Of a stretch of DNA of 64,000 bases, positions 37,059 to 50,901 are shown piece by piece. The DNA is from Phoronis australis. Taxonomy: Eukaryota; Animalia; Phoronida. Where the stretch lies: NCBI GenBank assembly GCA_002633005.1, contig NMRA01000272.1:248001-312000 (forward strand). Direction: 5' to 3'. The notes beneath the pieces were generated by a model. The model had not been told where the DNA came from and ran no database searches. It saw only the letters and a program-made list of their open reading frames with translations. A program made the position numbers and the translations under genes. Positions within the stretch are counted from its first letter, which is position 1. Every line of letters starts with the position of its first letter.

Positions 37059-40000
37059 ATGTTAAAACCAAAGGCACTCACGCAAGTTTTAAGCCAGGCA
37101 AACACTGGCGGCATACAGAGCACACTGTGAGTATTTTGCTGTTGAATGCGGATATCTAGGATGAACGACTTTGCCATCTAGGCTCCAGCCATCGGGGCCT
37201 TACTTTTTCGCACTTGGTTTCAAATCCGAAAAGCGAAAATGAAACTCCATAAAGGCATAAAGGCATAAAGTCACAATTTACCTAGACTGTCTCTAGATGA
37301 CTAGAAACTTGCACATGTGCGTGTGTCATATCAAGAAGGAAGACAGTGCCACCGTCTCAACTAGTAGTAGAGATTGTGGCCATCCCCCCATAGACCCAGT
37401 TAATAATAATACACTGTAAGTTTTTTTGATGAATTATGCCGCACACTGATTAAACCATCAGTCACATTGCTTTAAGTACCTTTGGCGCTCAGAGGGACAC
37501 CTTAAAAGGCTTTCAATGTCTGATTTAATTCCTTCCAACTAATACTCTGGTAATTAAATTTTTATTTGAGCTGTCTTTCATTCAGTTGCCCAAATAGGCA
37601 ACTGGCCATTTTTACACTGCTTGTGCCTGGGTATATGATGTCATATCCCGTGGCTGATGTCATATCCCCTGGCGTGAGCAGTGTAAAAATGCCAAGTTGC
37701 AATATGTAGTGATAAAAACTAACGAAAAAGAATTTGATTTAGACCACTTACCGCTGGAAAACTGTTCTGAACTTGTTTCGTACTTAGATACAAAATGATC
37801 TCTGGGTTTGCAAAGAACTGACACTTTGTTATTAAGTTATTGGAGAACCTGATCTCAAACAATAACAAATTGCTCTTTTGAATCCCTGAAGTCATCTCAA
37901 ATTTGACTAAGAAACAATTTTAAAGAAATTGCATTACAGTGAGTGTCTTATAAAAATATTTGTTTGTTATAAAAGGCATGTTTAAATTACACATATTCTT
38001 GAGTTTGGAATCCAGGTTTGTACACTGGGCCTTGGAAGAAAAACTTTTTATTCAAGTGTTTTTTAATGATATCCACCAGTTCTGCAGCCACATGTCCTGA
38101 GTTCTATGTGTTAGGTGTATGCATTTCAGACTGCTTAATAATGAAGGGGCTCTGCTAGCTTACTCTGGCTATGGAGACAAAGATGCATCAGTCACTGCAG
38201 CAATCACCAGCAACATTTGGTCAGCTTATGAGAAAAATGGTAGAGCTGCATTTAATGAAGATAGTCTTCAGTTCATATTGGCTGAGTGTGAGGTAATCAT
38301 TGCTAGCCTGGTTGATCACATACTTAAGTTGCAACTTCAAAATATTATAAGTGCCATGAACCTCCCCACCTTCTGTAAATTTTGATTTTGACCACATTTA
38401 CAACTGGTCTCAAACTGCTCCTTAAGCCCTGTCTACATACTGTTGTTTTTATGAATGACTTCATGTATGACTTTTGAATCACTCTCCTATTAGGACTTTT
38501 ATACAACATTTTGGCTCAGTGTAACTCATGTGGGAACTCCTGTTCAAAAACTCCAATTAATCATATAAGACAGTACATGTAGTTGTTAAAAGTCTCGAGT
38601 ATGCAGACAAATTTTACTCAGGCTAGAAGGGATTCATGGGCTTTGGAAGAGCACTGTCGCATTTTCGCACTGCCACATTTTCGCACTGTAGCATTTTCGC
38701 ACTGTCACATTTTCGCATTGTCACATTTTCGTACGGTCACATTTTCCTTTACCCAGAAGTCCAATTTTATTCTGAGTGATGAACAACTTCAGAAAAGCAT
38801 GATGTAAGTGACAGAAGGCGGGCTCATAACAAAGGCCATAAACTTTTTATTTGTATTACCGGTATTTACGTTACTTTGTGACCTGTACAGATAAGGACAT
38901 CTTGAAAAGTTGGATATTTGGGGTACGTCCAAATTTCTGTGTTAACCAGTCTAAGTCTTAAGTTGGTCTCCACTTTTTTAGAGCAGATTTATTTTCAAGA
39001 AAACAGTTGGACTGAACTACTGACTTATAATGGATGATTTTCCGGGCTGTATTGTCTATTGAAATTGCCGCACATTAAGGTCATTATTGAATGTTACTTT
39101 ATCGAAGCATGTTAGGAAATTGGCATATTTTATTCACACTGATTGGTGTTTCAAACCTTTTTTGTCTCTTTTTATAGAAACAAACAAGATTAAAAAAATG
39201 ACAATGTTTTATTAGTTTACCTGTTTCTGAGATTATTGTTGAAGTCTAAGGGCAAATTGTTATGTATCGAAGCTGGGACTGAAATGGGTGGGCGTCTCGG
39301 CCAATGAGCACCGGTATCAAAATCGAAAAAGAAAATACGGATTTATCGATTTCAGTTTCAAAAAATCATCCGAAAGGTTCAAAACCACTTTTGTTGCACA
39401 TGCCAAATTGATTAACTTTCCCCTTTAAGATTATGTGCCTCAAATCTAACTATGACCCCGCATAGACAAATTAGCACTGTTCAGGTTAGGCACTGTTCTT
39501 TTCGAATGGTTCATTCTTTGTTGTTGTCTTTACAGGAAGGCAAAGTGGCAATTACCAGGGTGGCCAATTTATTATTATGTTTCTATGCAAAAGTTGATGT
39601 CAGTTTAGGAATGCTTAAAGCCAAGGTAAGAAGTTGACTAAGACAATATTAGGCGACTGTTATTTAAAGCGGTTGTAAACCCATGTTCTGCCTTAGAAGC
39701 AAATTTTTGCTGTAAACCACATACTACTATAAAATGGGTCTCAATGTGTTCCTTGTTTGGATGAAAAGTGACATTTTTGTTATTGGTCGAGATCTCTGTA
39801 CATAAAATGACACACCATGACAAGCCATCTTGTAAAACCCGATCTTGTGTAATGACGAACTGTCTGTTCTTTCTTAGCTCTGAAATCACTTCTAATTTGA
39901 CAAGGAGCAATTCGTGGTCAATTTCATAATTGCGAGTAGTCCAAATCAAAAGTTGTTTTTTGAGATGAAAGGCAGGCTTGCAGCCGCTTCACCTTTACAC

Positions 40001-40808
40001 CAACTGTCAACAGCTCCTTATTGATAACATTCTCTAACGTTGTGCTTTCATATACAAATGATTTTGAATCCTTTAGTGTGATATACGTGTTCGAACAATA
40101 ACACATGATCACCAGTTAGGTGCTAAGTATTGGTCAGAACCTGAAGATATGTGTGTACCAAAGAAAAAAGCCAGGGCTGTATTCTGTAGAGCACATTTCT
40201 AGGGAGAAAAGAGAAATCATTGAAAACCACAAATCATACTCGAGTGAAAAACGAGTTCCTCATGAGTAAGGTTGCGAGTTAACTCACGTTGACTAGGCAA
40301 AATTGTTACCACTAAAATGTTTGGTTGGTGAGACTTGAGCGTTGAGTTAAGGGAGTAATATGTCTTAAGTGAAATTGCTAGTTCCGTTCCGTAAGCAAGA
40401 TTTCTTGCTGCATGTCTTGCATGTATGTTATGCCCCAGGTTATTCTCTGTGATGTTGCTTAACCGTTTCAGAATGTATGCACTAATTGCCTAGGCGCCAA
40501 CGGCAATTTTACTGAACATATCCTTTCAAATGAGCTATGGAGATTGTATAGGCAAGACTGGACCAAGATTTTTGCACTTATTATTATAAATATTAAATTC
40601 ATGTGCCCTAATGCAAGTTGATCTTATCTACTTTTCTAGTATGTATTGCGTATTAGCATTAATGGTAGCTGCACTTGTACCCGTGGCCTTGTTTTTTTTC
40701 CAAACTGAATGCATTACCATCATACAATAAACCTCTTTACATTTCTTTCAGGCACAAGCATTAACTGACTACCTTGAGGAACCATTAGCTCTAGTAGCAG
40801 CATCATGA
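37059..40808 (+). CDS. LAMTOR2: Ragulator complex protein LAMTOR2 (roadblock domain), 4 exons, 125 aa
   Basis: Exons 37059-37126, 38130-38292, 39536-39625, 40752-40808: [60 protein letters not shown]...[19 protein letters not shown]...[24 protein letters not shown]. Confidence 0.97.
37598..37700. repeat. Small inverted-repeat element (MITE remnant) in LAMTOR2 intron 1
   Basis: GCAACTGGCCATTTTTACACTGCT ... AGCAGTGTAAAAATGCCAAGTTGC, with internal direct repeat TGATGTCATATCCC x2. Confidence 0.75.
38651..38746. repeat. Tandem repeat, 6 x 16 bp (GCACTGTCACATTTTC)
   Basis: Directly visible; translates as repeated HCHIFA / TVAFSH in track ORF 38583-38807. Confidence 0.9.
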
Positions 40809-41586
40809 GATTACTGTGCAGGGTTCTGCATAAAACCCATCTTGCTAGTTTCAAATCTATAGATAATGTTCACTTATATTACAATTCTTTATGTGAATAG
40901 TCTTATTTTTGTTTCAGTATTGTAGCGATTGTTGTAAATAAAATATTATACTTAGTCTTTCGTTATTTTAATATGAATAGCAGTATTTTGTGGTCCTTTC
41001 ATAACAGTGTTTGTAAACTTGCTTCATTTGGAAATTTGTCAAAAATAGTCTAGTTGAAAGATTAATTTGCATAGGCTGAGTGGGTGATTTAGAGCTTCAA
41101 TATCTTACAATTAACATTGTTTTACTTAACATGCAATAAAGACTAATATAGTTTGCTTTTTATTATAAACATGCAAAGTGAACACTTAAATACATCGAAA
41201 CTAATAACAACTACCCCAGATTTTGACTTAAAAAGGAATGTCCTCTCAATACCCGTTTCATGTAAAATTGACACAAATGAATTACATATGACAAAATTTA
41301 GTTAGATGTCAAAAATATACAACCTGAGAATGAAATTAATTGAAACACAATCTCTTAAAACTTTTCTGCTGGTTGTATTGGTTGTGTAAAGAACAACAAA
41401 CCTCTAGTTATTCCAATCATAAGCTAATTCACAATGTTGATATGTAGCTGCCTTAATTTCCTTATTGTTTATGTAGCCTCATAGTCACCGTCAACTCCTG
41501 ACTTCCCACACATATCTCACCAAAAACTGTAGAAAGGCAGAAGAATATCCAGACAGTAATGTACTAAGTCCTATATAAGTCACTAG

Positions 41587-44500
41587 TTAACATAGGGTGT
41601 AAAGCAGCTCAATCTCGGCAGCGTCTTCAACGTTGAGTGGTGTTTCTAGGATCATTGGTATGTCATTGAATCGTGGGTCTTTCATTACTCGGCGAAATCC
41701 TTCTTTTCCAATATGTCCTTTACCAATGTTTTCGTGTCTGTCCAAGTGACATCCACATTTTCCTGAAATTAACAACTAAATGAATCACCCGAAGCAATCG
41801 GGAAAGTAAGCCCTAATTCTAAACTTGCACACAAATTTTACAACAGTACACACAGTTTCCAACATTTCGAAATGAAAAAGTGGTACAACTGGATCTAGGG
41901 TACAGAAAGGGGAAATGTCCACTGCAACACCCAGGAACATTCCTCAAACCACTTTGAGGTGGTGATGTGGTACCATCATTACTAAAATCTAATGGTCTAT
42001 TTACACCAACCTCTAGCCTATTTACATTAGCATGATGTTTCAGTCGGTCATTTATCCGGCCAAAGTCAAACCAAAAACAGACACGGGGGAAAAAGAAGAA
42101 CATCATCTGTCAAATCCCATGTAAAAGCAGCGAATCCTACATCGGTGGAACACTAATGCCGCTGGAAACCAGGACTTCAGAACACAAGAAATGCTGCAGA
42201 AAGGGCAATACCTCATCGGGAGCAGCAGAGCACATGTATACTAAACAACATAACATCCAGCAGAATAACATATGAATACTTGACAGTGAAACAGACAAGG
42301 CCAAAAGAAAGATCAAGGAAGCCATGCACACGAAGCTACATGACGTCTTCAATCAGCCCTACCAGTAGCCAAGTGACACCTGGCTACCACTCCCAAAGAA
42401 GATACAAAAATAACAAATTTCCCTTAGTGGTGTAGTGGTTAGACTACTGGACTGATAATCTAAAGTTTCCTCGGTCAAGCCCAGCTTCCACCAAGAAAAA
42501 AGAAAAAAGTGCTCCTCATTGATCACCAATAGTGTACCATATGCCTGTGATCGTACTTCTATGAACGCTGCAACTCCTTATAAGATGGCTGCAGAAATGG
42601 CTGAATGAAACTTCGTGACAATATACACAGGCTAGAGGTTGGTGTAAATGGACCAATAGAGTTTAGAAGTGATGTTACAGGGACAAAATATGTTGTGTTT
42701 CACTCATACATTTTAAAAATTGGCTCAGTTTTATTCATTGACAAGCGGTTATCAGGTGCATAGGTCTAAATACCATATAATACTTTTACATCAAGCCTTT
42801 CAGTATTAATAAAAAGACCACAATACAAATGTTGTGTTAATTTCCTTATCACTGATCCAACTGCTATGTATGACCCTGTCTAGAATCAAACCCTGCTTAC
42901 CTTTAGAGTCATTCAGGTGCACACCTTTTAGATACTGAAGTCCTATTATTTTCTCAAAATCACTCATCATTTTTGTGAACCCAGATTCTTTGCTCAAATC
43001 GTATCCTATAAAATGCAGACGAGTAGAGAGGTGAAGTTAATTATACATTTATTTATTACTTGGAAATTAATTGACATCCAACATCTTCGAATTTCCGTAT
43101 TTATTATTAAAAATTTTTAGTGTTCCACACACACACAGAACTTCATCACATATTTAGCACACAAAACAACTGGCAAATGAAATTTTAATCTATTATTAGC
43201 TTGGTTTGTACTATGCAAATGTCATAACATGTCACTTAGCAAAGTTTCCATAATTAGAAACCCTGGTATCGAGCTCTGAAAAATGACAATTCTGTCAGTT
43301 ACTAATTGACATATTAGATAAACAACAACCTTTGGAATTACAAAATCCAACATTCAGATTTTTCTTAGAAGTGTTTTGACATCAAGGTAGCCTTTGACAG
43401 CAACTTAAAACAATGTGAACCCAAATATAGCGATGGCAAACGGACCAATAACATTCATGACGATGAGTGGATATATATCAAATAGATATGCTGTTTACCT
43501 GCTGCAAATGCATGGCATGTGTCTAGGCACACACCCACTCTGGATTTGTCCTCGACCAGGTCGATTATTTTCTTCAGTTCTTCAAATTTTCCTCCAACAG
43601 TGTTACCTTGACAACTCATATTTTCAATCACTAGAAGAAAAAAGTGCATTTTGGGCAATGCAATGTGGCCAACAGGTGGACATAATTTTAGGAATAAATG
43701 AAATTATCTGTTGCACTAACAAAATTTCATACGAGTGCTTTACAATATTTACGATAAACTTGCCAGAAAGCAAGAGTTGTTAAACAAATATATACATATT
43801 ACAATTTGGGCATAAACTATCATGAAATGACACTGCTATTTGTTGAAATACAAAGGTTTATGTGACCAATTGATTAAAATTTGAAAGAGGTGTTTGCCAC
43901 AAGTGTTGATCTCAACAAGAGTATGATATTGAAAAAGAATAGCCTAAAAAAATTTTCAATATTTAATAAATAAAAATTCCTAAATACCACAAATAGAATG
44001 AAATAGAAAAAACAAACAAACAAGATCAAGTCTTTCATTGGAATTTGTACATTTATCAATTTTTATTGCAATCATTTTTGTGATTCATGCACAATTACAA
44101 AAAAATTATCCATCATAACAGTTTTACGACAAATAAAAAGACGAAGTCCCATGTAGTTTCTACCTGTTATGACAGACTTGGTTTGTTTATGGGCATAGTT
44201 GATGGAGTCTGCCACAGTCTGAAGACATTCTTCTGTTGAGATCAGCCCACAAGATGACCCTGTAAACAACACACAATGAAGGACATTACTTATTAATAAC
44301 TGGAAATGGAAAATTACACCTGCTTTAGGAGCCATGACAGACTCTGACGTCACTGTGACAACAGGAGTTAGCAGTAGCAAATAAGTTGTGAGCTTGTTTA
44401 CAGTTAATAAAATGTTGGCCAAACACTTAAGAATAAAATACATATGCATCGAGCTATGTATTCAATTGTATACAGGAGGATCCCTTCTTGATCAGCACCA

Positions 44501-47500
44501 TCCAGGTAGTGGTGGGTTTGAGGGGAGGGAGGGGGGCAGGGGCCCGGCCCCTCTTGGTCACCGACAAAAAACTAAATAGTCAAAATGACACAGAAATAAA
44601 TTTTGGGAAATTGTACACTTTTATGTGTGTGCATGTGTTGAGAGGTGGGATATCACAAAATTAAAAATATTGGGCCCTGTCATGAAATCCATGATCTGCC
44701 ACAGGGAATATCAAGTATCTCCAAAAAAAGTATGTCACATTATGATAGAATACAGCCTTAATTACAACCCTTCCCACACCAACGTTCATAACTGCAGGAC
44801 AAAAAAAAACAGTGATACTTTTCACTTATAAAGGAACACGAAAGCAAACCTGGATGAAAGTTGTACAGTGTTAGTCCCAGTTTCTCACACCGTTTCATTT
44901 CATCCACCAGTGCATCACGGCTTTTGGCTAAAGTTTCAGGATTAGGTGCTCCAGCGTTAATCAGATAAGAACCATGTGGAAGAATTAGACTGGTTGGGTA
45001 ATTATTATCCTGGAATATATGGGAACATAATTATGGAAACGTCATAATATACACTGCGACAAAATGACACGTGTAGGTGATTCCCCATCAGTTCTCTAAA
45101 CAAACGTTGTATCGGCAAAACAGCATGACTATTCATAAATTACACATACCCACAATACTTTAAGTCATGAAAAAATAACCAAGTATTCTCATGTCCATAG
45201 GAACAGTGAACTTGTGTTCTCTTGAAAACCGATGCGTAACATCTACAGAAACCCTACCTAAACCTCTGTGCTAAAAGTTAAAATTGGGTCACAATTTATG
45301 AATAAAGGTTTAGCCCCTTAACGATGAGTGCATCACAATCTAGAAATAGTATATAGACAGTATTTCAGAAACTCTCAGTTATGCGTATATTCCAAGAGAC
45401 TTCGCACTTTTGCTCAAGTTAGATTTGATTATTTTTCAGAAACAGTTATGTTGAGCGAAAGACCAAGGCTCTGTCTAGAGTCACTTTTCATACAACAAAC
45501 CCCAGGAACTGAAATTCTATGTACTGATCACTCTCAGGAAATACCACTCATTGCAAACTTACCTGACAAGCCTGCTTGAATTTGGCCACCGTTTCATCAA
45601 GCAGTGGTTTACAAACCCACTGACGTTGGGAGCGCAGAAACAATCCAAATGCTTTGGCACCAATTGCTGCAGCATCAAACACAGCATTCTGGAGGCCACC
45701 TGAAAAAAATAAAATAAAATCTGTTCAGGTGACCTCACCAAAGTACAAATTTCTGAAATAACGATTTAACTATTAATAATACACCCATAAAACTACATAC
45801 TTAAAATGCTTGATGATCACAAAATCTAAGTATAAGTGCATGAATGCAAGTCAATGAATAAACATGATTGCAAATTTTTTCTCAAAAATATTGATTTTTC
45901 ACTGAGGTTTCCATATTTTCTACAATGATATTTTTTGCATGCAACTTACAAATATGATTTCATTATTCTAGTTGCTACATTCCCTGTGATATTCTTTCAA
46001 GGTCTTTTAGTCTTAAACCTTGAATGTCAAAAATCAAGCCTCCCATTTTTTCAAGGAATGGAAGTTGATTTCTTTATTTTTGGCAACAGAAATCTTGGGC
46101 CAAAATGCCTTAAAAAATCCAGCTCACACATAAAAAGATTCTATTTCCAAGGATTTTGAAAATACATAGTTTTACAGGTGTACAATTAATACAAAATTTG
46201 TTTAAGAAATTTGACCTTGGTAATGAAGGTAAACTAACTCTTTTTAATAACACTATTTTCCATCGAGTGTTTAAGCACAAAAATAGTATAATTTCCTGTT
46301 CAGCAAATAGCCATATTGCTTTTGTCATAAAAAAGAGGAAGCAGCAAATTACAGTTCAAACTCTACAGTTTGGGACCGTGACAATTCAATTATTCTGCTC
46401 AAGATTGGAGCTTGTACAAACTTTTAGACATAGACAATACAGTCCATCTCAAATTCAAGAATTACTATAAACAATGACTGATCATTCACCTCTATATTAC
46501 ACACTAAGAATGCAGCAAAATGTTGCATTGGCGGCCATTTTTAATGATTTTATGAACTGCCAACTGAAGTCTTTTTCAGACTTTCTTGATACTTATTATT
46601 ATTATTATTATTTATTATTAATGTAATATTTACAATGAGGGTAGCCCTATCAGTTCACACTGCTTTCCATGGGGGCCCTCAGTAAAAAACAAACAGATAG
46701 TAAGACAATAACAGAATTACAAAATGAAAGACAAATTTAAGTAATAAGTAAAGAATAAGAAATTAACATGGAAAGACTGATGAAGCAAATTAAAAAATAA
46801 AATATGATAAATAAAAGATAAAAAATTAAGACAAGATAACTAAAAAACAAAAAATATGTAAATATAAATAATTAAAACAAACAATAAATAATTAATAAAA
46901 GTAAGACATTATATAAATAACAAATGAATAAACATGCAATTCTTAGACAGTACATGGAGTTAAATCTATTTCTTATAATTCTTTTAAAGGTTAGAAAGGA
47001 TGATGTAGATTTGGCATCTGCAGGGAGAGAGTTCCATAAAAAGGGCCTGCTGTAGGAAAATGATTTTTTCCCAGTCTCGCTTCTGCGTTTAGGAAGATTG
47101 AAATCAGATGATGATGAGGACCTAGTATTGCACAAAATACAGAATCCGATCTTTTGAGAAATACGGTGAATACCTAAACCGTCTATGTTTCAATCTTCAC
47201 AAGCAAGAAAATTCAATTTCGGACTGTATTTCAGAGTCCCAAACTCGAGAATGTCCAGTCAACTTTGTCATCAACCAAATTTTGTTCTTCCCAAGTTCAG
47301 ATCACAGAAAGTGGTCAAATTCAAGTTATGGTAACAGTCACTTAGAGGGGTCCTACATTTTGGGAACCAGTTTTCTCCATTGAATAACATGGATCAAACA
47401 GGTTTTCAAAATCCGGTAGCCCGTTCCAAGAAATTGACATAAGTTCATTTTTGACTTAAATCTAAGATTTGCCACAAATTCCAAACTTTGAAACTTCCAC

Positions 47501-48734
47501 ATCTGGTAAGATAGTCAAAATTAAGACAAAACTTAAGAAAAAAATTAATTCAAACTTAAGATCTCTTTTTTGAAATGGTCTTGATAGAAATGGAAGTTTT
47601 ATCTTAAATTTTAACGAAAGTTAAGAACTGTCTTAACTAAGTCAGTTGTCTTGGAACGGGCCCCAGGACTCTGTGACTATTACCGAAGTGTTGAACTGTG
47701 TGCTCCTTGAGCCACGATGATTGACGAGAGATCTTGATTAATATAGATTTGATATAAGGCTGAGTAAACATGACTTTCCTACTGTAACATTACAATGAAT
47801 ATACAGAAGAGACTACGCATGTGTAAGCAGTGCCGGATGTAACTAATTAAATAACAGTCCACATTCTGACACTAATGTGTCTGCAATGTCCCTGATTCCC
47901 TCAACACGAAGTTAGCGTTCTGAAACCAATAATTACTGAAGGCTGGTGTTTGGGGGCTTTAACACTCATCAATAAGTTGCAACAAACAAGCCTTCCTGCT
48001 AAGACACACCTTGGATTTAGGCCACTGAACATTGCAAATTGTTCCACACTCAGATTAAAAGTGATTTCTAGGCATAGGAAGAATTCACAATTTTATTACT
48101 CAGGATCATATTCCTGCATCAAACGATACACTGTGTAAAGTCAATTTATTGAGCCTGGTCTTATAGCATACCAAACTTTCAGTACTTGAGTAAAAAAACA
48201 ATTCTCAGCCATGTAAGAATACAAGCTTTATATTATGGCAAATTGTATAAATCACAAGTTAGTTTTAAGAAAGAGAGTAGTTCCATAGAAGCTTTTCATT
48301 AATACAGTCCTGTTTCTATAACATTATTAGTCAGGCAAATAATTTGACATCTTTATACAGAGAAATTGCTTAATCATCATTACCGTCCATATATCGGCAG
48401 CAGCACAGAATGTAACACTTTAAAATTTAATTGTTTGCTCAGTCATAACACACGCACCAAGATGGTACAGGGCGATCTATTAAGTACCTTGTGTTGAGGT
48501 GTGAGCACCAACAAACTTGTTCATAGAGCATTTCTGAAGGTTACCAGGACTTTCTGCACACACGTTGTCCGATGTGAGTGGTGACTGCGCCCTTCTCCTT
48601 TTCTGGCGCGTACTTCTTTGAGAAGTGTCAGATTTCACAGTATCAGGCTCAGGATTTGTCAACCTTGGTTTCTTTGTACTACAAGGGACATCCGACTGTT
48701 TCTGCTTTGACCTTTTTGTGCTTTTACCAACCAT
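41587..48734 (-). CDS. APN1: Endonuclease IV family AP endonuclease (Apn1/Nfo-like), 7 coding exons
   Basis: Exons 48734-48488, 45699-45563, 45009-44850, 44259-44164, 43630-43499, 43005-42901, 41762-41587. Motifs [69 protein letters not shown] supply the full trinuclear-metal ligand set; Lys/Arg-rich N-terminal extension. Confidence 0.95.
41970..42678 (+). mobile_element. Penelope-like retroelement 3' fragment (GIY-YIG endonuclease) with inverted terminal repeats, in the last APN1 intron
   Basis: Plus frame ~42099-42360: [53 protein letters not shown]...[18 protein letters not shown] (PLE-type GIY-YIG with C/H ligands, one stop). 41970-42019 is the reverse complement of 42629-42678. Confidence 0.8.
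42422..42493 (+). other. tRNA-derived segment (not a functional tRNA) inside the Penelope-like fragment
   Basis: TGGTGTAGTGGTTAGAC (A box/D arm), CTGGA-CTGATAA-TCTAA (anticodon-arm-like), GGTCAAGCCCAGC (degenerate B box), ends CCACCA; acceptor stem does not pair. Confidence 0.6.
46593..47135 (-). mobile_element. 3' end of an L2/Crack (CR1-group) LINE with (AAT)n tail
   Basis: Track ORF 46872-47135 NTRSS...[16 protein letters not shown]...LWNSLP..AK...SFLTFKR is the typical CR1/L2 ORF2 C-terminus, followed by a T-rich 3' UTR, a GC-rich stem (GAGGGCCCCC...CCCTC) and AAT repeats. Confidence 0.8.
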
Positions 48735-50901
48735 TTGAAAGTCTATAACAAAGGGTAGATACATTTTACAGATAAGTCTTCATAACAGCTCCAATGGTTA
48801 TCATTGATAATGACAGTAACTACGTGACTTAAAAGTAAAACAATTACTGATAAAAGAAAGGTGTCTAATGAAATTTTGAGTAAAAGTACCCAAAAAAGGA
48901 AAGGTCTCTTGCATTTAACAAGATGCATTCTGTGAAAGTTAATTTGTTCCTTACTCAGGGATTCTGGCCTGGGCTTGAGAAAAAAAACTAACAATTCCTT
49001 AATGGTTCAAGATGATATTCAGGTCTTAAAATGACCAGACAGCAATCAAAGGATAGAACAACAATTTTGGATGTCATGTTAGGTACACACCTTATATTTT
49101 CTTGGAGACATTTTCATCGTTAATTACAGCTACCCTGATGTGTATAATCATGGAACTATACGCGAGTGGTGATTGACCAAGCAATAAGGTTAAATCTTGA
49201 TCCTGCATTCACCAAACAAATAAAATGTTTTATTGGCTATTGAACACAATCTGCCAGTCATTGTCAGCCGGGCCCTTTTCAACAGAAATACAATTGGCCT
49301 ACATCAGTCACAGCCCTTTTATGATCCTTTGAGCAGTTTGACCAACACATACAGTTGCCAAAAATAGAAATGGAGATAACAAAGGCACACTTCACCATAA
49401 TCCGTTTGAAATTAGGAATGTGCTATTGTCATCTCAGTAGAAACATATCTATAGAATTTTGTAAAAATCCATCAAGGAACTGCAGCTCAAACATAAAAAA
49501 ACTAAAACTGCAACTAGGGGCGCACCAAAATTGCCAACATCTTTTGTCAGCTTCTTAGGAACACACCAACATGAAGATACCACAAGCAATAATGCAGTAG
49601 CAGATGCCAGCTGCCACATTGAAGCGATGGCAATATGCATTACATTATAGCTATGTGTGTATATCATCAGAGTGAAGATGTACCATCCTTGTAAGACTCC
49701 TAGAATCCTAACTCAAACCCAGAGTCAAACCTGTAGTAAGGTAGGGCAAGGACATAATCAAATTCCCTCACCCCGTTGGCCACAAGGAGCCCTCCCTATA
49801 ACTTCCCTCCCTCCCGTTCCGAACAGTTGTCACAAAATTTTCAAATCAGCCTCTCTGGTCACTATAGTCATCACCATCAATCATATATTCTTACAATATG
49901 TTTTCCATTTATTTGCCCAAGACACTAGTCGTCATGCAACTGCCTTCTCTAGTCTTGGTGTGGCTGGCAGATGGGTGACCTCCCCATAACCCTTTGTAAA
50001 TTTCCTTGCGCACACTGATGAAAATTTCATTGATGGAATAAAGAACTACATGTATTGGGGAAAAAGTGGAGGGCTAGAGTAGCTCCATAGGCTAGAAAGT
50101 TAGTACTTTAAATTGGGAGGCAAATGTCCATCCAAAACTAAAAGTAACATGTTGGAGGTTTATTTGTGGTGGTGCACTCCCCAGGCCGATCATTCATCAA
50201 GCAGTAGCAGGAAATACTACAACAAGAACTCAATGCACCTTTCATAACTGCGCAGAAAACAAGATCTTAATGAGAGGCCACATTAAACAGAGGCGAACGT
50301 GTCGTTTGAATTGCTCTATCACACTATCACAGCACTATGTCTATAGCTAGTGATATAGTAAACTGTAGTGTAGTAGTGTACGGTATCAGTGAGTGTCTGG
50401 GCAGTGAGTACCGCGTGACTCACACAACCTGAAACTCGACACCGCACCTGTTGAGAACACTGTGAAATCCCTAGATTCGCGCCAATGACAACACCCCTTT
50501 CCTTAAATATTATTTCCCAGACGAAATGATGGTGAAGCTATAACAGACATGAAAACATAAACAAAAAGCACACTCCATTCACGTTTTGCTGAAGAGCACT
50601 TGAACTTTAACGAGTTTAACCCGATCCCGGGTCAGAGGCCTTGACCTTTTTGAAAACCAATGGTCCGTCAAATCGTTCAATGTTTTTCAAATATTTGCCT
50701 TTTAATTAAACTATGCAAATCAATTCTATCCTAGAATTTTCTAAACATCGTCATTTAGTATATATGGTATCATAATGTCTTGATTCAACCTATTAGGCGC
50801 AAGGTTTTCCTTCTGCCTTTTTAATCAGTCTGGCATTTAAAAATTACTGCGCCGTTTGTGGCCACCCTACGTCATGAACGAATACAGTTAATGCTCAAAC
50901 T

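Noticed and set aside
38651-38746. Regularly spaced repeats as a CRISPR-like array (also 30979-31208)
   Set aside because: Head-to-tail units with no unique spacers, in eukaryotic introns; no cas genes.
42273-42275. In-frame TGA in the PLE GIY-YIG as selenocysteine (as in Naiad elements)
   Set aside because: Not at a conserved Cys position; fits CGA>TGA decay in an I-R-I-L context and the copy is otherwise degenerate.
42422-42493. Functional tRNA genes here and at ~32647 and ~57325
   Set aside because: Acceptor stems do not pair and arms are degenerate; these are repeat-derived.
41587-48734. Bacterial contamination or recent transfer of nfo
   Set aside because: Six canonical introns, host-type TEs inside the introns and conserved animal neighbours.
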